From NCBI GenBank assembly GCA_965249275.1, contig CBDFLQ010000007.1:928001-992000 (forward strand): a stretch of 64,000 nt of DNA, read 5' to 3'. The position numbers were made by a program, and so were the translations under genes. Shown here piece after piece: positions 1 through 9,562 of the stretch. This DNA is from Dehalococcoidia bacterium (GTDB lineage Bacteria; Chloroflexota; Dehalococcoidia; Plut-88900). How positions within the stretch are numbered: the first letter of the stretch is position 1; the number at the start of each line of letters is the position of its first letter. The notes beneath the pieces are model-generated. The model was given only the letters and a program-made list of their open reading frames with translations. It did not search any database and was not told the DNA's origin.

Positions 1-216
1 CTCCTCCAGCAGCTTATCCAAGGCCTGGGCCATGTGGTCCGTGATCCGGCCCGATTCCTCGGCCCTCACCACGGTCTTGTAGTTGACGCCCAGCAGCCTG
101 GCCGCCCCCATGCGTCCCTTCTGTTTCACCAAGTCCCCCAGCAGGGCGCCTAGTCGTCGATGCCTCTCGCCATCTTCCAGGGCCTCTTCATTCTCATTCA
201 CCGGCTTATCCGTCAT
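1..216 (-). CDS. HTH-domain protein of integrative element (runs off window edge)
   Basis: ATG at 216 with AGGAGG RBS upstream; translates MTDKPVNE...KGRMGAARLLGVNYKTVVRAEESG, an HTH-like motif; not in the ORF track. Confidence 0.6.
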   Translation of the reverse strand, partial: MTDKPVNENEEALEDGERHRRLGALLGDLVKQKGRMGAARLLGVNYKTVVRAEESGRITDHMAQALDKLLEE

Positions 217-643
217 AACCCGATCCTCCTTCATTGACGTCCTGTAGGGGGCCTTCCGGCAGGGTTCTTGGCTCCCCTGTCACCGCTTCGCTTGCTCGCC
301 TGCATGCACCCAATCCCGCTTCGCATCACAAAACCGGGTTCCCACACGGGAACTTTTGACCCAAAACCGTGGAACAGACCCGCACCAAAAACCGCTTGCT
401 GCGTTGCCCCGGAGTTCCCTTTATTTCGCCGTTTTCAGCCACGGAAAGACCCGTTTCTTCCCTTGCGGGAACTCAATCAAATCCCTGTACACCCCAATGA
501 CATCACAGAACGCCCATTTGAGGTCAGGGCCCGTGGGGCGGGCTCGTCCGAAGGCCCCCCTCACGGACCATTCCTTAACGAGGCCTGAGTTCCCAGACTC
601 GACGGTACACATTCGACCCCTTCGACGATGAGGAGACGACGGT

Positions 644-1237
644 TTGTCACCCCGGTCAAAACTGAAGTGCTTTGGACAGTTAGCGGCCCTGACGGGGATG
701 CTGATGGCAGCAACCATCCTCGTGATCGCCGCAATCGCCCCCGCCCTGGCCCAGGACACGGGCCTCACCCTGGTTAACGCCGACCGGGACCTGGTTGAGA
801 GAAAGAAGGACGGGAGGTTCATAGCCCGCCCAGTCTTCAGCCGGGAACTGGATGCTCTCTATTACGCAATCCGCGACGCCGACAACGGAGACTGGGTGAC
901 CCTGATGTACAGGGTGCAGGGCGGCGAGAAGAAGCTGAAGGACGGCTGGGAGTATTCCTGGGAGTACCCGGCCCTGTCCGAGCAGCCCGACCTGGACCCC
1001 GGGAAGGCCTACCTGCTGGTGATCGGCGTGCCCGCCGACGCCCAGGGCGGCCCCTACGTCTTCCACGCCCTTGTACCCGTGTACCAGCCCAGCGGGATTT
1101 TCGACCGGATCCTGGCGGCCCTGAACCCCGCCAGGTGGGCAAAGGCCTTCGCCCGCTGGATGATAGAGGGCGTTCACGGCGGCCTGTGCGGCGTCGTGGA
1201 GCGGGCCACGAGAACCGACATCGACAACTGCGACTAA
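644..1237 (+). CDS. Secreted/membrane hypothetical protein of ICE transfer region
   Basis: GAGGAG RBS, hydrophobic N-terminal segment ending ALA-Q, directly upstream of a TrbL-like start. Confidence 0.6.
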   Translation: MSPRSKLKCFGQLAALTGMLMAATILVIAAIAPALAQDTGLTLVNADRDLVERKKDGRFIARPVFSRELDALYYAIRDADNGDWVTLMYRVQGGEKKLKDGWEYSWEYPALSEQPDLDPGKAYLLVIGVPADAQGGPYVFHALVPVYQPSGIFDRILAALNPARWAKAFARWMIEGVHGGLCGVVERATRTDIDNCD

Positions 1238-1249
1238 GGACTCTATGCC

Positions 1250-2023
1250 ATGAACGACATCCTCACCGGAACTCCCCCCGAGCTGACCTGCCTGCACCCT
1301 ATGGTGCGGGAGGCCTGGATGGTTGTATGGGGCATCGCATCGGGGGCGTTGATAGTCATCCTGGGATGGATGGGCCTGAGCCTCATCATGCAGAACCTCC
1401 TGGGCCATACCAGCACCAGGCGGGAGACGGTCCCCCGCCTGGTGCTGGGCCTTGTCGCCGCCGCCGCTTTGATGCAGCCCAGGTTCTTCGCCCTCTTCGC
1501 CGAGACCACGGGCCTGGACGTGATGGCCCTGCAGCGCACCTATGGCCGCGCTTACTCCTCCCTGACCATCAGGCTGGCCGAGGTGATGCGTCACCAGCCC
1601 CTCCTGGCGGTACTCTACGAACGCCGGGGCGGGAACGACCCGCACATGTGGGCTGAACGCCCTTCGCCGGAGGAATTCACGGGCACCGTCGTGGCGAGGA
1701 CGCCCGGGTTCAGGTTGAGAACAGTCAAGAGGCCCCTATCGACCCTCCGAGGGATGCTGCCCCGTCGCGGCTATCCACCTGCCCAGTACTCGGTGGCGGA
1801 GCGGGTCATTCTCACGGGCGAACCCGTATACGTGGAACGGGTCACCGGCTACGACCTGTGGAATGCTGACGACATCACCGTGGCCGCCCGACTGGTGAAC
1901 TGGCATGGTCGCCTGGCCAAGATCGCCGTCGTAGCCGTGCCCTACAGGGACCGAAAGGTCCTGGCTCCGCAGCTCAGCCGTGTTTCCTTCGAGCATATCT
2001 CCCATGCTCACCAGGTTATCTAG
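1250..2023 (+). pseudogene. Chimeric ORF: TrbL/VirB6-like N-terminus fused to ImmA/IrrE-like C-terminus
   Basis: First ~70 aa are TM-rich (WMVVWGIASGALIVILGWMGLSLI...VPRLVLGLVAAA); the rest starts AAALMQP, resembling the FAAALLMP motif of ImmA/IrrE, but has no HExxH. Confidence 0.55.
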
Positions 2024-2249
2024 CCGTGACATCCTCCAAAGCAACACGGAAGGTTCTACCGGTTCAGCACCCCGCCCCTAAAGGATTGCCTGTTACGCCG
2101 ACACAAGGAGCACTCAACGGGTGTGGCTTGGCTGTCCAGCCTTCCAGCCCTTGGGTGACCACCGAGTGACGGGACCCGGATGCACGACGACCTTCTGGAA
2201 AACCGACACTTCCCTGACACCAATTGATTTACATGAAGAGGTGATGACA

Positions 2250-2465
2250 ATGCAAGACAGACTATTGAGACGTCGACAGGTCGAGGAGATCACGGGCATG
2301 AGCCGCTCGACGATCTACAAGATGATGCAGAACGGTGAGTTCCCCAGGCCCGTAAGAATCGGCCCCGCAGCTGTCAGGTGGAGGTCCAGCGACATCACGG
2401 CCTGGGTGGAATCGCAGCCAGTGGCCAGGGGAGAATTCGACGCGCCCAGCGCCGCCTATTTGTAG
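2250..2465 (+). CDS. alpA: AlpA-family transcriptional regulator / excisionase
   Basis: RLLRRRQVEEITGMSRSTIYKMMQNGEFPRPVRIGPAAVRW is a canonical AlpA sequence; GAGG RBS before ATG 2250. Confidence 0.9.
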   Translation: MQDRLLRRRQVEEITGMSRSTIYKMMQNGEFPRPVRIGPAAVRWRSSDITAWVESQPVARGEFDAPSAAYL

Positions 2466-2468
2466 TGT

Positions 2469-3665
2469 TTACGACTGGAGCACCAGCTGGGAGTGGCCGT
2501 TCCGGCTCCGGTAAGAGTTGCCGCCCAGGTAGTCCGCCCACTGCTGCATGAGTGTACGGCGTCGCTCGAAGAGATCGGACCTCGCATAAGCCTGCTCCGT
2601 GGCATTGCCCAGGCTGTGGGCAAGGGCAGCCTCCGAGACTACCCAGGGGGTGTCCGTCTGCTCCAGTGTCCAGTTCTTGAAGCTGCTGCGGAACCCGTGG
2701 ACGGTGGCATGCTCCGCAAGGCCGACGGAACGGAGGACCTTGGTCAGTGTCATGTCGGACATCGGAGCCCCCTGTTTCAGCGGTGATGGGAACACCAAGC
2801 CTGAGTCCTCATGCAGGACAAATGCTTCGCCAAGAACTTCGACGGCCTGGTCACTAAGCGGCACCCGGTGTTCCACGCCCGCTTTCATCCGCCCAGAGGG
2901 AATCCTCCACAGCCGACCATCGAGGTCGATCTCGCCCCACGCAGCGCCCCTGGCTTCACCGGAGCGCGATGCCGTGAGCACCAGGAGTCGGAAGCACAAC
3001 TTGGCGGACATTGAGGCATGGGACGCTGCAACCGTCTCGAGTGCCGACCCGACTTCCTGATAGGGAAGCGCCCTGAAGTGGGCCTTCACCTTTGGCATAG
3101 GAGGCAAGGCGCCGTCGATGGCTTCGCCCGCCGGATTGGACTCCATGAAGCCGTGCGACATAGCCCATCGGAACACGGTTCTCATACGTTGACGCACCCG
3201 ACGGGCCGTCTCCGGCCGGGTCGTCCATATCGGCGTGAGGACCTGAAGCACGTCTCCTCGGCCTATCCGATCCAAGGATGTGTTGTTCAAGGACGGCATA
3301 GCGTGACGTTCCAAAGTCTGAATCCAGCCTGCAGCGTGCCTGGGATTGCGCCAGCGGGGCTTGTTGGCCTCATGGACGGTATAGGCGGCTTCCCTGAAGG
3401 TCGGCATGGCAGGCGCGTGCTTTTCCGCCACGGGATCCCGACCCTCAGAAATGGCGGCCCTGTTATCCGTCGCCTTCTCGCGGGCTCGAGCTAAGCTTAC
3501 GGACGGATATCCGCCCAGGCCAATATCGCGTCGGCGTCCGTCTACAGTAATGCGCAAGACCCAAGACTTTCGTCCCGCTTTGCTGATGTACAGGTGCAGG
3601 CCTCCGCCATCGGAGTAACGTCCCGGTGCGTTCAGTGCCCTGACCCGTGTCGCTGAAAGTGTCAC
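2469..3665 (-). CDS. int: P4-like tyrosine integrase with arm-binding domain
   Basis: N-terminal YSDGGGLHL...SW...RRDIGLGGYPSVSL; catalytic R(SGE), HGFR, AH and AY residues; adjacent to a tRNA 3' end. Confidence 0.95.
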   Translation of the reverse strand: MTLSATRVRALNAPGRYSDGGGLHLYISKAGRKSWVLRITVDGRRRDIGLGGYPSVSLARAREKATDNRAAISEGRDPVAEKHAPAMPTFREAAYTVHEANKPRWRNPRHAAGWIQTLERHAMPSLNNTSLDRIGRGDVLQVLTPIWTTRPETARRVRQRMRTVFRWAMSHGFMESNPAGEAIDGALPPMPKVKAHFRALPYQEVGSALETVAASHASMSAKLCFRLLVLTASRSGEARGAAWGEIDLDGRLWRIPSGRMKAGVEHRVPLSDQAVEVLGEAFVLHEDSGLVFPSPLKQGAPMSDMTLTKVLRSVGLAEHATVHGFRSSFKNWTLEQTDTPWVVSEAALAHSLGNATEQAYARSDLFERRRTLMQQWADYLGGNSYRSRNGHSQLVLQS

Positions 3666-3689
3666 AGATGTCCCCGTTCGTCACGAACT

Positions 3690-3724
3690 GTTCCCACAAA
3701 TATTACCACATTTGATGTGGGAAC
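3690..3724. promoter_or_regulatory. Putative integrase arm-type sites overlapping the int promoter
   Basis: GTTCCCACA, ATTACCACA (direct) and TGTGGGAAC (inverted) between int and the tRNA; TGTGGTAATAT extended -10-like element on the minus strand. Confidence 0.5.
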
Positions 3725-3824
3725 TCAAAGGATGCATGCGGCGTAACTAAGCACCAAAAGGGTGCCAATTAGCTACGAAGCAAGCGTGTAACAGGAAAAC
3801 TGGAGTTAAGGAAATAAGGGGTAG

Positions 3825-3915
<91 letters not shown>

Positions 3916-4029
3916 GTTAAGGAAAGCGCGGCGCAAGTTTACCGCAATGCCGACTATTGTAAAGAAGCCCGTCAACCGGGAGCGAGGTTACGGATTCGAG
4001 CCTACGTTCGGGTGTGCGAAACGGGCGCC

Positions 4030-5679
4030 CTAGCTATATACAGCCTCCATAACAGGCGCTGCCGATTCCTGGTCACCTTGAAGATCGGCGAGGACTGCCT
4101 GGCTGGTGTTCCGGCCCGGCACTCCAGTCACGAATCCTCCCGGCCAAACTCCACCACCCGTGAGATATAGCCCTTTCAGTGGTGTCCGGTAGTCATTGGC
4201 TAGTCTGTGGGGTCTCGGGCCGAACAGGTTGTGTGGCAGCATCTCCCCGTGGGTGATGTTGGAGCCTATGATTCCAAGCTCTGCCTCGCAGTCCACTGGG
4301 CTAAAGCTACAGTAGTCGATGATGTGGTCGGGCAGGTCGGGCATGTACCGGGACACGGTTTCTATGCACCGCTTGGCAAACTTGTCCTTCTCCTCGTCCC
4401 AACATCCCTCTGCAAGGTCGTAGGGCGCGTGCCAGATGTTCCAGCTCATTATGTGCTTCCCGGGAGGGGTCAGTTCTGGTGAAACCACGGATGGAATCAG
4501 ACCCCAGATTATCGGTGTTTCCGAGGGGTATCCTGCTATGGCCCCGACCGTCGACTCCTCTATGTGTTCCATCGAAGCGGCCACTCTGACCTGACAGGTA
4601 GAAGCCTGCTCCTGTGTGAGGTCATCGGGGAGGTTGGCATAGGTGGGAATTCCGTCCAGGGCCAAGGCCATCTTGAACGCCGCCCCGCGCATCGGGACCC
4701 GCTGCACTTCTTCACGCATCGTCGACCCGACAGCCTCATCGTCAAGCAGCTTACCGAACAGAGTCTTCGGGTTAATTGCTGATACGACGATAGGCGCCTT
4801 GTAGATCGCGCCATCTTCGCACTCGACTCCGCTGGTCCGGCCTCCGCTGTGAAGTATCCGGGCCACGCGTGTCTTCAGCTTGAGTGTGCCCCCGAAGCCC
4901 CGACACCGGGCCGTTATTGAGTCAATGATCGCGCCCATGCCCCCAATTGGGTGACCCGTAGACCCCCTCAAGGGCATCCGTCGGAAGTCGTCGCTGGGAA
5001 GGGAAGCTGCAGATGCCAAGGCCAAAGGACGAAGAATCAGGCCCGTCGCAGTACCGGGCGCGGACTGCGGAACCATTCCGGAGTTGGAGGCGAGCAGTCC
5101 GAGCAGTGTCCGGGCCTCGTTTGTCTTCAGGTGTCTATAGAGTATTTCGCTTAGGCTACCGTGAAAGACCTGCTCGAACGTGTCTTTGTCTTCTTCAGTG
5201 GTGAGGCCAGCGGCCATATAAGCCAGGCCGGGCGCAGGTTTGAATATCGATGTCCTGAGCCGGGTGGCGAAGTCCTCCAACTTGGCGACAAACCCTCGAT
5301 ATCGGTCTCCCTCGCCGGGGCGCAGTGCGTCCAGCTGAGCGCAGACGCGGGCCATGTCTCGCCATACTACAAAAGGATGTTCGGGGAAGAATTGAATAAC
5401 CGTTGGATCGGAGCGGAGGAATCGAAGGCCGGCGCCGGGCAGGTCCAATTCCTCAACAACCCTCGTCTCCAGAGAGCCGGGAGAGTTGGAAAAGCTGGCA
5501 GTGTAGCCGGGCATGAACTCGAAGCTGCCGCTGGGACCACCGAAGACCTCACGGGACTCGAGCACCAGGACTCGGAGGCCAGCCTTGCCCATATAGGCAG
5601 CGCAGACCAATCCGTTGTGTCCACCACCTACTACGATGGCGTCCCACTCACCCGTGCCATTTCCCCTATGGTTTGTCAT
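4030..5679 (-). CDS. Phytoene desaturase-family FAD-dependent oxidoreductase
   Basis: DAIVVGGGHNGLVCAAY Rossmann motif; C-terminal YRTPLKGLYLTGGGVWPGGFVTGVPGRN. Confidence 0.9.
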   Translation of the reverse strand: MTNHRGNGTGEWDAIVVGGGHNGLVCAAYMGKAGLRVLVLESREVFGGPSGSFEFMPGYTASFSNSPGSLETRVVEELDLPGAGLRFLRSDPTVIQFFPEHPFVVWRDMARVCAQLDALRPGEGDRYRGFVAKLEDFATRLRTSIFKPAPGLAYMAAGLTTEEDKDTFEQVFHGSLSEILYRHLKTNEARTLLGLLASNSGMVPQSAPGTATGLILRPLALASAASLPSDDFRRMPLRGSTGHPIGGMGAIIDSITARCRGFGGTLKLKTRVARILHSGGRTSGVECEDGAIYKAPIVVSAINPKTLFGKLLDDEAVGSTMREEVQRVPMRGAAFKMALALDGIPTYANLPDDLTQEQASTCQVRVAASMEHIEESTVGAIAGYPSETPIIWGLIPSVVSPELTPPGKHIMSWNIWHAPYDLAEGCWDEEKDKFAKRCIETVSRYMPDLPDHIIDYCSFSPVDCEAELGIIGSNITHGEMLPHNLFGPRPHRLANDYRTPLKGLYLTGGGVWPGGFVTGVPGRNTSQAVLADLQGDQESAAPVMEAVYS

Positions 5680-5721
5680 CCGCCCTCCAACACCCCTATT
5701 CCCTCTAGCCTGGGATTCCGC

Positions 5722-6852
5722 TTATATCCCGTATATCCTGGCCGTATTCCCGCCGACCAACTTGGCCCTCTCCTCTTCAGTGCAGTCCGCCAAAGTAGTT
5801 TCGATGAACTCTCGGGACTTGGGCCACGTTCCTTCAGAGTGAGGATAGTCGGAGCCCCAGAGGATGTTGTCGACTCCGATGATGTCCCGGTTCTGGATGC
5901 CGAGCGCATCCTCCTGGAAGTCCGCAAAGCAGTTGGTGTGGAACACATCGCTGGGCAGAAGGTCGCCGGGAATGCGATATCCGTCACGGCCGGCGGGCCT
6001 ATCGTTGTAGCTGAAGTCCATACGTTCCAGCCAATACGGTATCCAGCTTAGCTCGTGTTCGGCTACGCCTATCTTCAGTTTCGGGAACCGTTCAAATACG
6101 CCGCCAAGAATGACCTCGGTTAGGGAGACTCGAACCCAGAAGTCTGCGTTATGAAGAAGGAAGTTGGCAAAGTCGAAGGGGTCGAGCAGGTCCCTGTCCC
6201 AGCCTCGCCCCGCCTGAACCCTGGCAGTCGAGATGTGGAAGGTGAGTGGGATACCCAGGTCCTGGGCACACTCCCAGAGTGGGTCATAGTCACGGGAGCG
6301 ATAGCTTTTTGCGGCCATGTATTCGGGGATCGTTGCTCCGACAAATCCCTTCTTGACACATCGCTTGATCTCCTCGACTCCGTCCTCTACGTCATCTATG
6401 TTGATGACCGCCACACCCTTCAACCGGCGCGGGTTAGCCTGACAAAACTCCGCCGCAAAGTCGTTGTAGGACCTATCAATGGCCGTCAGCAGGTTGCTGT
6501 CCTCCACGAAGGGGTAGAGGAAAATGGTGAGGCTCGGGTAGACCAGACCCACGTCCAACCCGTCTATATCCATGTCCTTGACCGCTTCCTCCCCGATGTA
6601 CGCACCCGGTCTCACATCATCCCACTCCTCTACCTGGTTTAGTTCACCGCCGTCTTCCAGCCTGACCCCCGGCTGGGCGCCCATTGCAAATATGTTGAAG
6701 TGGGTCATGCCGTCTATGACCCAAAAGGGCCCGTCCGGCGTGTTATGTACAGCCGGCCCCCGCTCCTTCAAGTCGGCAGGAAGCCTTTCTGTCCAAAGGT
6801 CGGGGGGCTCCACGATGTGGTTGTCTGATGAAATAATTCTGTAGTCACTCAC
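5722..6852 (-). CDS. Amidohydrolase-2 family protein
   Basis: ISSDNHIVEP, FHI and LWGSDYPHSEGTWP motifs. Confidence 0.9.
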   Translation of the reverse strand: MSDYRIISSDNHIVEPPDLWTERLPADLKERGPAVHNTPDGPFWVIDGMTHFNIFAMGAQPGVRLEDGGELNQVEEWDDVRPGAYIGEEAVKDMDIDGLDVGLVYPSLTIFLYPFVEDSNLLTAIDRSYNDFAAEFCQANPRRLKGVAVINIDDVEDGVEEIKRCVKKGFVGATIPEYMAAKSYRSRDYDPLWECAQDLGIPLTFHISTARVQAGRGWDRDLLDPFDFANFLLHNADFWVRVSLTEVILGGVFERFPKLKIGVAEHELSWIPYWLERMDFSYNDRPAGRDGYRIPGDLLPSDVFHTNCFADFQEDALGIQNRDIIGVDNILWGSDYPHSEGTWPKSREFIETTLADCTEEERAKLVGGNTARIYGI

Positions 6853-6920
6853 TGCTTTGCCTCCTCCATAGTGTCGGCCTGCCTTAGGGCGGAGCGGGCT
6901 CTTCTATTCCAGTCCAAGCT

Positions 6921-7847
6921 TCAGGAAGACGAGGACGCGGGTTCAGCCCCGTTATTGGGGTCAGAAGCCTTGGTTATCTTTACCTTGCGTATTCGTCTTC
7001 CAGTAGTGGTAAGCACCGAGACCAGGAACCCATCCTCACGTATCTCGTCTCCGGGGATCGGTATCTTGCCCAGGCGGTCAAAGATGAATCCCCCCACCGT
7101 GTCGAAGTCCTCTCCTTGGATATCCAAAGACAGGGCTTCGTTCAGGTCATCTATGCTGACAGCGGCGTCCATTATAACTTCGCTGGGACTTACAGTCTCA
7201 ATCTGCGGTGCGCCGATATCGAACTCGTCCTCTATCTCACCCACGATCTCTTCCATCAGGTCTTCCAGGCTCACCAGCCCCGCTACTCCCCCGTATTCGT
7301 CAACCACAATGGCCATGTGGACACGCTTCTTCCTGAACTCCTGGAGAAGCTCGTCGACCCGTTTCGTCTCAGGGATGAAGTGGGGAGACCGGGCTATCTG
7401 TGTAAGGCTCAGTCCATCTCCAGCCTGCCCCCAGTAGCGCAGCACATCCTTGGCATACACAACCCCGACTACGTTGTCGATGGTGTTTTCATATATCGGG
7501 ATACGGCTCACACCCGCGTCTATCACCGTTCGTACCAACTCGGTAATGGAGGACGTTGCATCAAGCGCAACGATGTCAATGCGGGGGACCATAATCTCCC
7601 TGGCGAGGGTCTTGTCCAACTCCAGGATTGACCGGACCATCTGGGTCTCATCTTCCTCCAGGCTCTGGGCTTGGCCCTCCTCATCTACGAAGGTCGGAGC
7701 GGCATCCTCTCTCGATCTTCGAGACCGTCCGAAAAGGGACAGGAGCCAGCCCCAGAACCCGCCCTTAGACCCGTTGCCCGGTCTAGAGCGGCCGTTGCCC
7801 ACCTTCCTTTGCGCCTGTCCAGCCTCTTGCTGCGTCTCTTCTATCAT
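6921..7847 (-). CDS. CBS-domain hemolysin/CorC family protein
   Basis: REIMVPRIDI, SRIPIY, AIVVDEYGGVAGLVSLEDLMEEIVGEIEDE, C-terminal CorC_HlyC domain. Confidence 0.9.
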   Translation of the reverse strand: MIEETQQEAGQAQRKVGNGRSRPGNGSKGGFWGWLLSLFGRSRRSREDAAPTFVDEEGQAQSLEEDETQMVRSILELDKTLAREIMVPRIDIVALDATSSITELVRTVIDAGVSRIPIYENTIDNVVGVVYAKDVLRYWGQAGDGLSLTQIARSPHFIPETKRVDELLQEFRKKRVHMAIVVDEYGGVAGLVSLEDLMEEIVGEIEDEFDIGAPQIETVSPSEVIMDAAVSIDDLNEALSLDIQGEDFDTVGGFIFDRLGKIPIPGDEIREDGFLVSVLTTTGRRIRKVKITKASDPNNGAEPASSSS

Positions 7848-7862
7848 CTTTCTCCGTTCAGC

Positions 7863-9215
7863 CTAGCAGCCTTCTGTTCCCGGCTTTTCTCGCGCCGGAA
7901 CACCGAACGCAAACGCGCCCTCCGGCAGGTCCTTAGTCACCACGGACCCGGCACCAGTGACGGCTCGGGCCCCGATATGTACCGGGGCCACCAGCATAGA
8001 GTCCGACCCTATGAACGCCCCGTCTCCGATTACAGTCCGATGCTTTTCCGAACCATCGTAGTTGCAGGTAACAGTCCCTGCCCCGATGTTAACGCCTGCC
8101 CCAATTTCGGCGTCACCCAGGTAGCTGAAGTGCCCTACCTTAGTTCCCCGTCCCACGGTTGTCTTCTTCACCTCCACGTAGTTCCCGATGTGCACGTCCT
8201 CGTCCAGTCGGGTCCCGGGACGCAGATGGCAATACGGTCCTACCTGCACACGATGCGCAAGAGCACTGCCTTCAATTACTGATCCTTGAATACGGCATTC
8301 GTCTCCAATGACAGAGCCTTTTATTATTGCGTTGGGTCCTATGTCGCAGCCTTCGCCTATGCGGGTTTTGCCCTGGACGATGACCCCCGGTTGCAGAACG
8401 GTGTCCATGCCCACCTGCACCGTGGCGTCAACGAAGGTGCTTGGCGGGTTGATGAGGGTGACTCCACCCGTCATAAGATGTTGCCGGGTTCTCTCAAAGA
8501 CAACAGCAGTGACTCGCGCTAAGTCTGCGCGATCATTGACGCCCAATGCTTCGTAAGAATTAGTCGGTGCAACACTTTCCACGGGAAAGCCGTTGCGGGA
8601 AGCGCTATCAACCAGGGTGGTTATGTAGTATTCCCCGTTAGGTGCAGGTTGAAGACCTCGAAGAGCGGGCCAGACCCAGTCGGAGCGGAGGCAATAGGCC
8701 CCACAGCAGACCTCGTTCGAGGCTAAGGTTTCGGGCCCCGCGTCCCGCCACTCGACCACTCCCATAATTTCTTCATGCGCTCCTCGGACGACCCTGCCCA
8801 TCCGCCCAGGGTCTTCTACTTCGCAAGTAAGAAGGGTGAGCACAGCCTCGGTGCCCAGGTGCCGGTCCATCATGAGGTTTAGGGTATCGCTGCTGATGAG
8901 CGGCATGTCGCCGTTTAACACCAGCACATGGTCGGCGCGACCCTCCAGCAGGGCCTCGGTTTGGAGCAATGCATGACCCGTGCCCAGTCTCTCCCGTTGT
9001 ACGACATCTTTAGCACCGTTAGAAGACTCCCCACAGTTAACCGGGAATTCCGGCCCGACTACGGTTACTGTCAAACCAACCGGCGTCTCCGACACTGCAT
9101 GCCGGACCCAAGAGAGCATCTCCCTGCCCGCTATCCGGTGCAGAGGTTTGGGGGTGCGGCTCTTCATCCTGGAGCCTTTACCCGCTGCTAAAATTACCCC
9201 TGCCCATGTTGCCAT
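7863..9215 (-). CDS. glmU: Bifunctional UDP-GlcNAc pyrophosphorylase/glucosamine-1-P acetyltransferase
   Basis: ILAAGKGSRMKS..PK, GTGHA, hexapeptide repeats, GNYVEVKK, HFSYLGDA, TCNYDG. Confidence 0.97.
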   Translation of the reverse strand: MATWAGVILAAGKGSRMKSRTPKPLHRIAGREMLSWVRHAVSETPVGLTVTVVGPEFPVNCGESSNGAKDVVQRERLGTGHALLQTEALLEGRADHVLVLNGDMPLISSDTLNLMMDRHLGTEAVLTLLTCEVEDPGRMGRVVRGAHEEIMGVVEWRDAGPETLASNEVCCGAYCLRSDWVWPALRGLQPAPNGEYYITTLVDSASRNGFPVESVAPTNSYEALGVNDRADLARVTAVVFERTRQHLMTGGVTLINPPSTFVDATVQVGMDTVLQPGVIVQGKTRIGEGCDIGPNAIIKGSVIGDECRIQGSVIEGSALAHRVQVGPYCHLRPGTRLDEDVHIGNYVEVKKTTVGRGTKVGHFSYLGDAEIGAGVNIGAGTVTCNYDGSEKHRTVIGDGAFIGSDSMLVAPVHIGARAVTGAGSVVTKDLPEGAFAFGVPAREKPGTEGC

Positions 9216-9224
9216 TTTTGTATA

Positions 9225-9274
9225 AAATAAGCCCTCTCTCTTCCACGCCGAACGCGCGAGGGAGGAGAAAGGAC
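9225..9274 (-). terminator. Terminator-like hairpin in the glmU leader
   Basis: Minus strand GTCCTTTCTCCTCC..GCGC-GTTCG-GCGTGGAAGAGAGAGGGC followed by TTATTTT just before the ATG. Confidence 0.5.
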
Positions 9275-9358
9275 TGCTAGTCCAAGTATGTGGTTATTCG
9301 GGCTGTCGACCTACTATGTGGAGGGTCGTCGAGCTCAATCATCTCAATCTCTGAGCAA

Positions 9359-9387
9359 ATGATAAATAGCTCATATATGACTGTCAA
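9359..9387 (-). promoter_or_regulatory. Sigma70-type promoter upstream of glmU
   Basis: TTGACA-N17-TATCAT on the minus strand. Confidence 0.7.
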
Positions 9388-9562
9388 GTTAAGGAGGCCT
9401 ACCCATTAGCGTAGCCTACTGCGTGGTATACTCCGTGCCGATAACTGCCATCGCTATCTCACCTTGTTGAAATACCCTTGTTTTCCCGCCTATTCATACC
9501 CCTGAGACCCTCCGCAGACGGCAAGCCACATCAGCCAAGTTCCCGAACACTGAGGATATAAC

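Larger units (their letters stand above)
1..3824. mobile_element. tRNA-proximal end of an integrative element inserted at tRNA-Ser
   Basis: int + alpA + conjugation-like genes immediately downstream of the tRNA-Ser 3' end; the other end lies outside the window. Confidence 0.8.

Noticed and set aside
680-1645. Long antisense/alternate-frame ORFs (also 5161-6051, 10000-10827, 35055-35858, 57406-58431)
   Set aside because: Shadows of well-supported genes in high-GC DNA; no recognisable motifs or RBS
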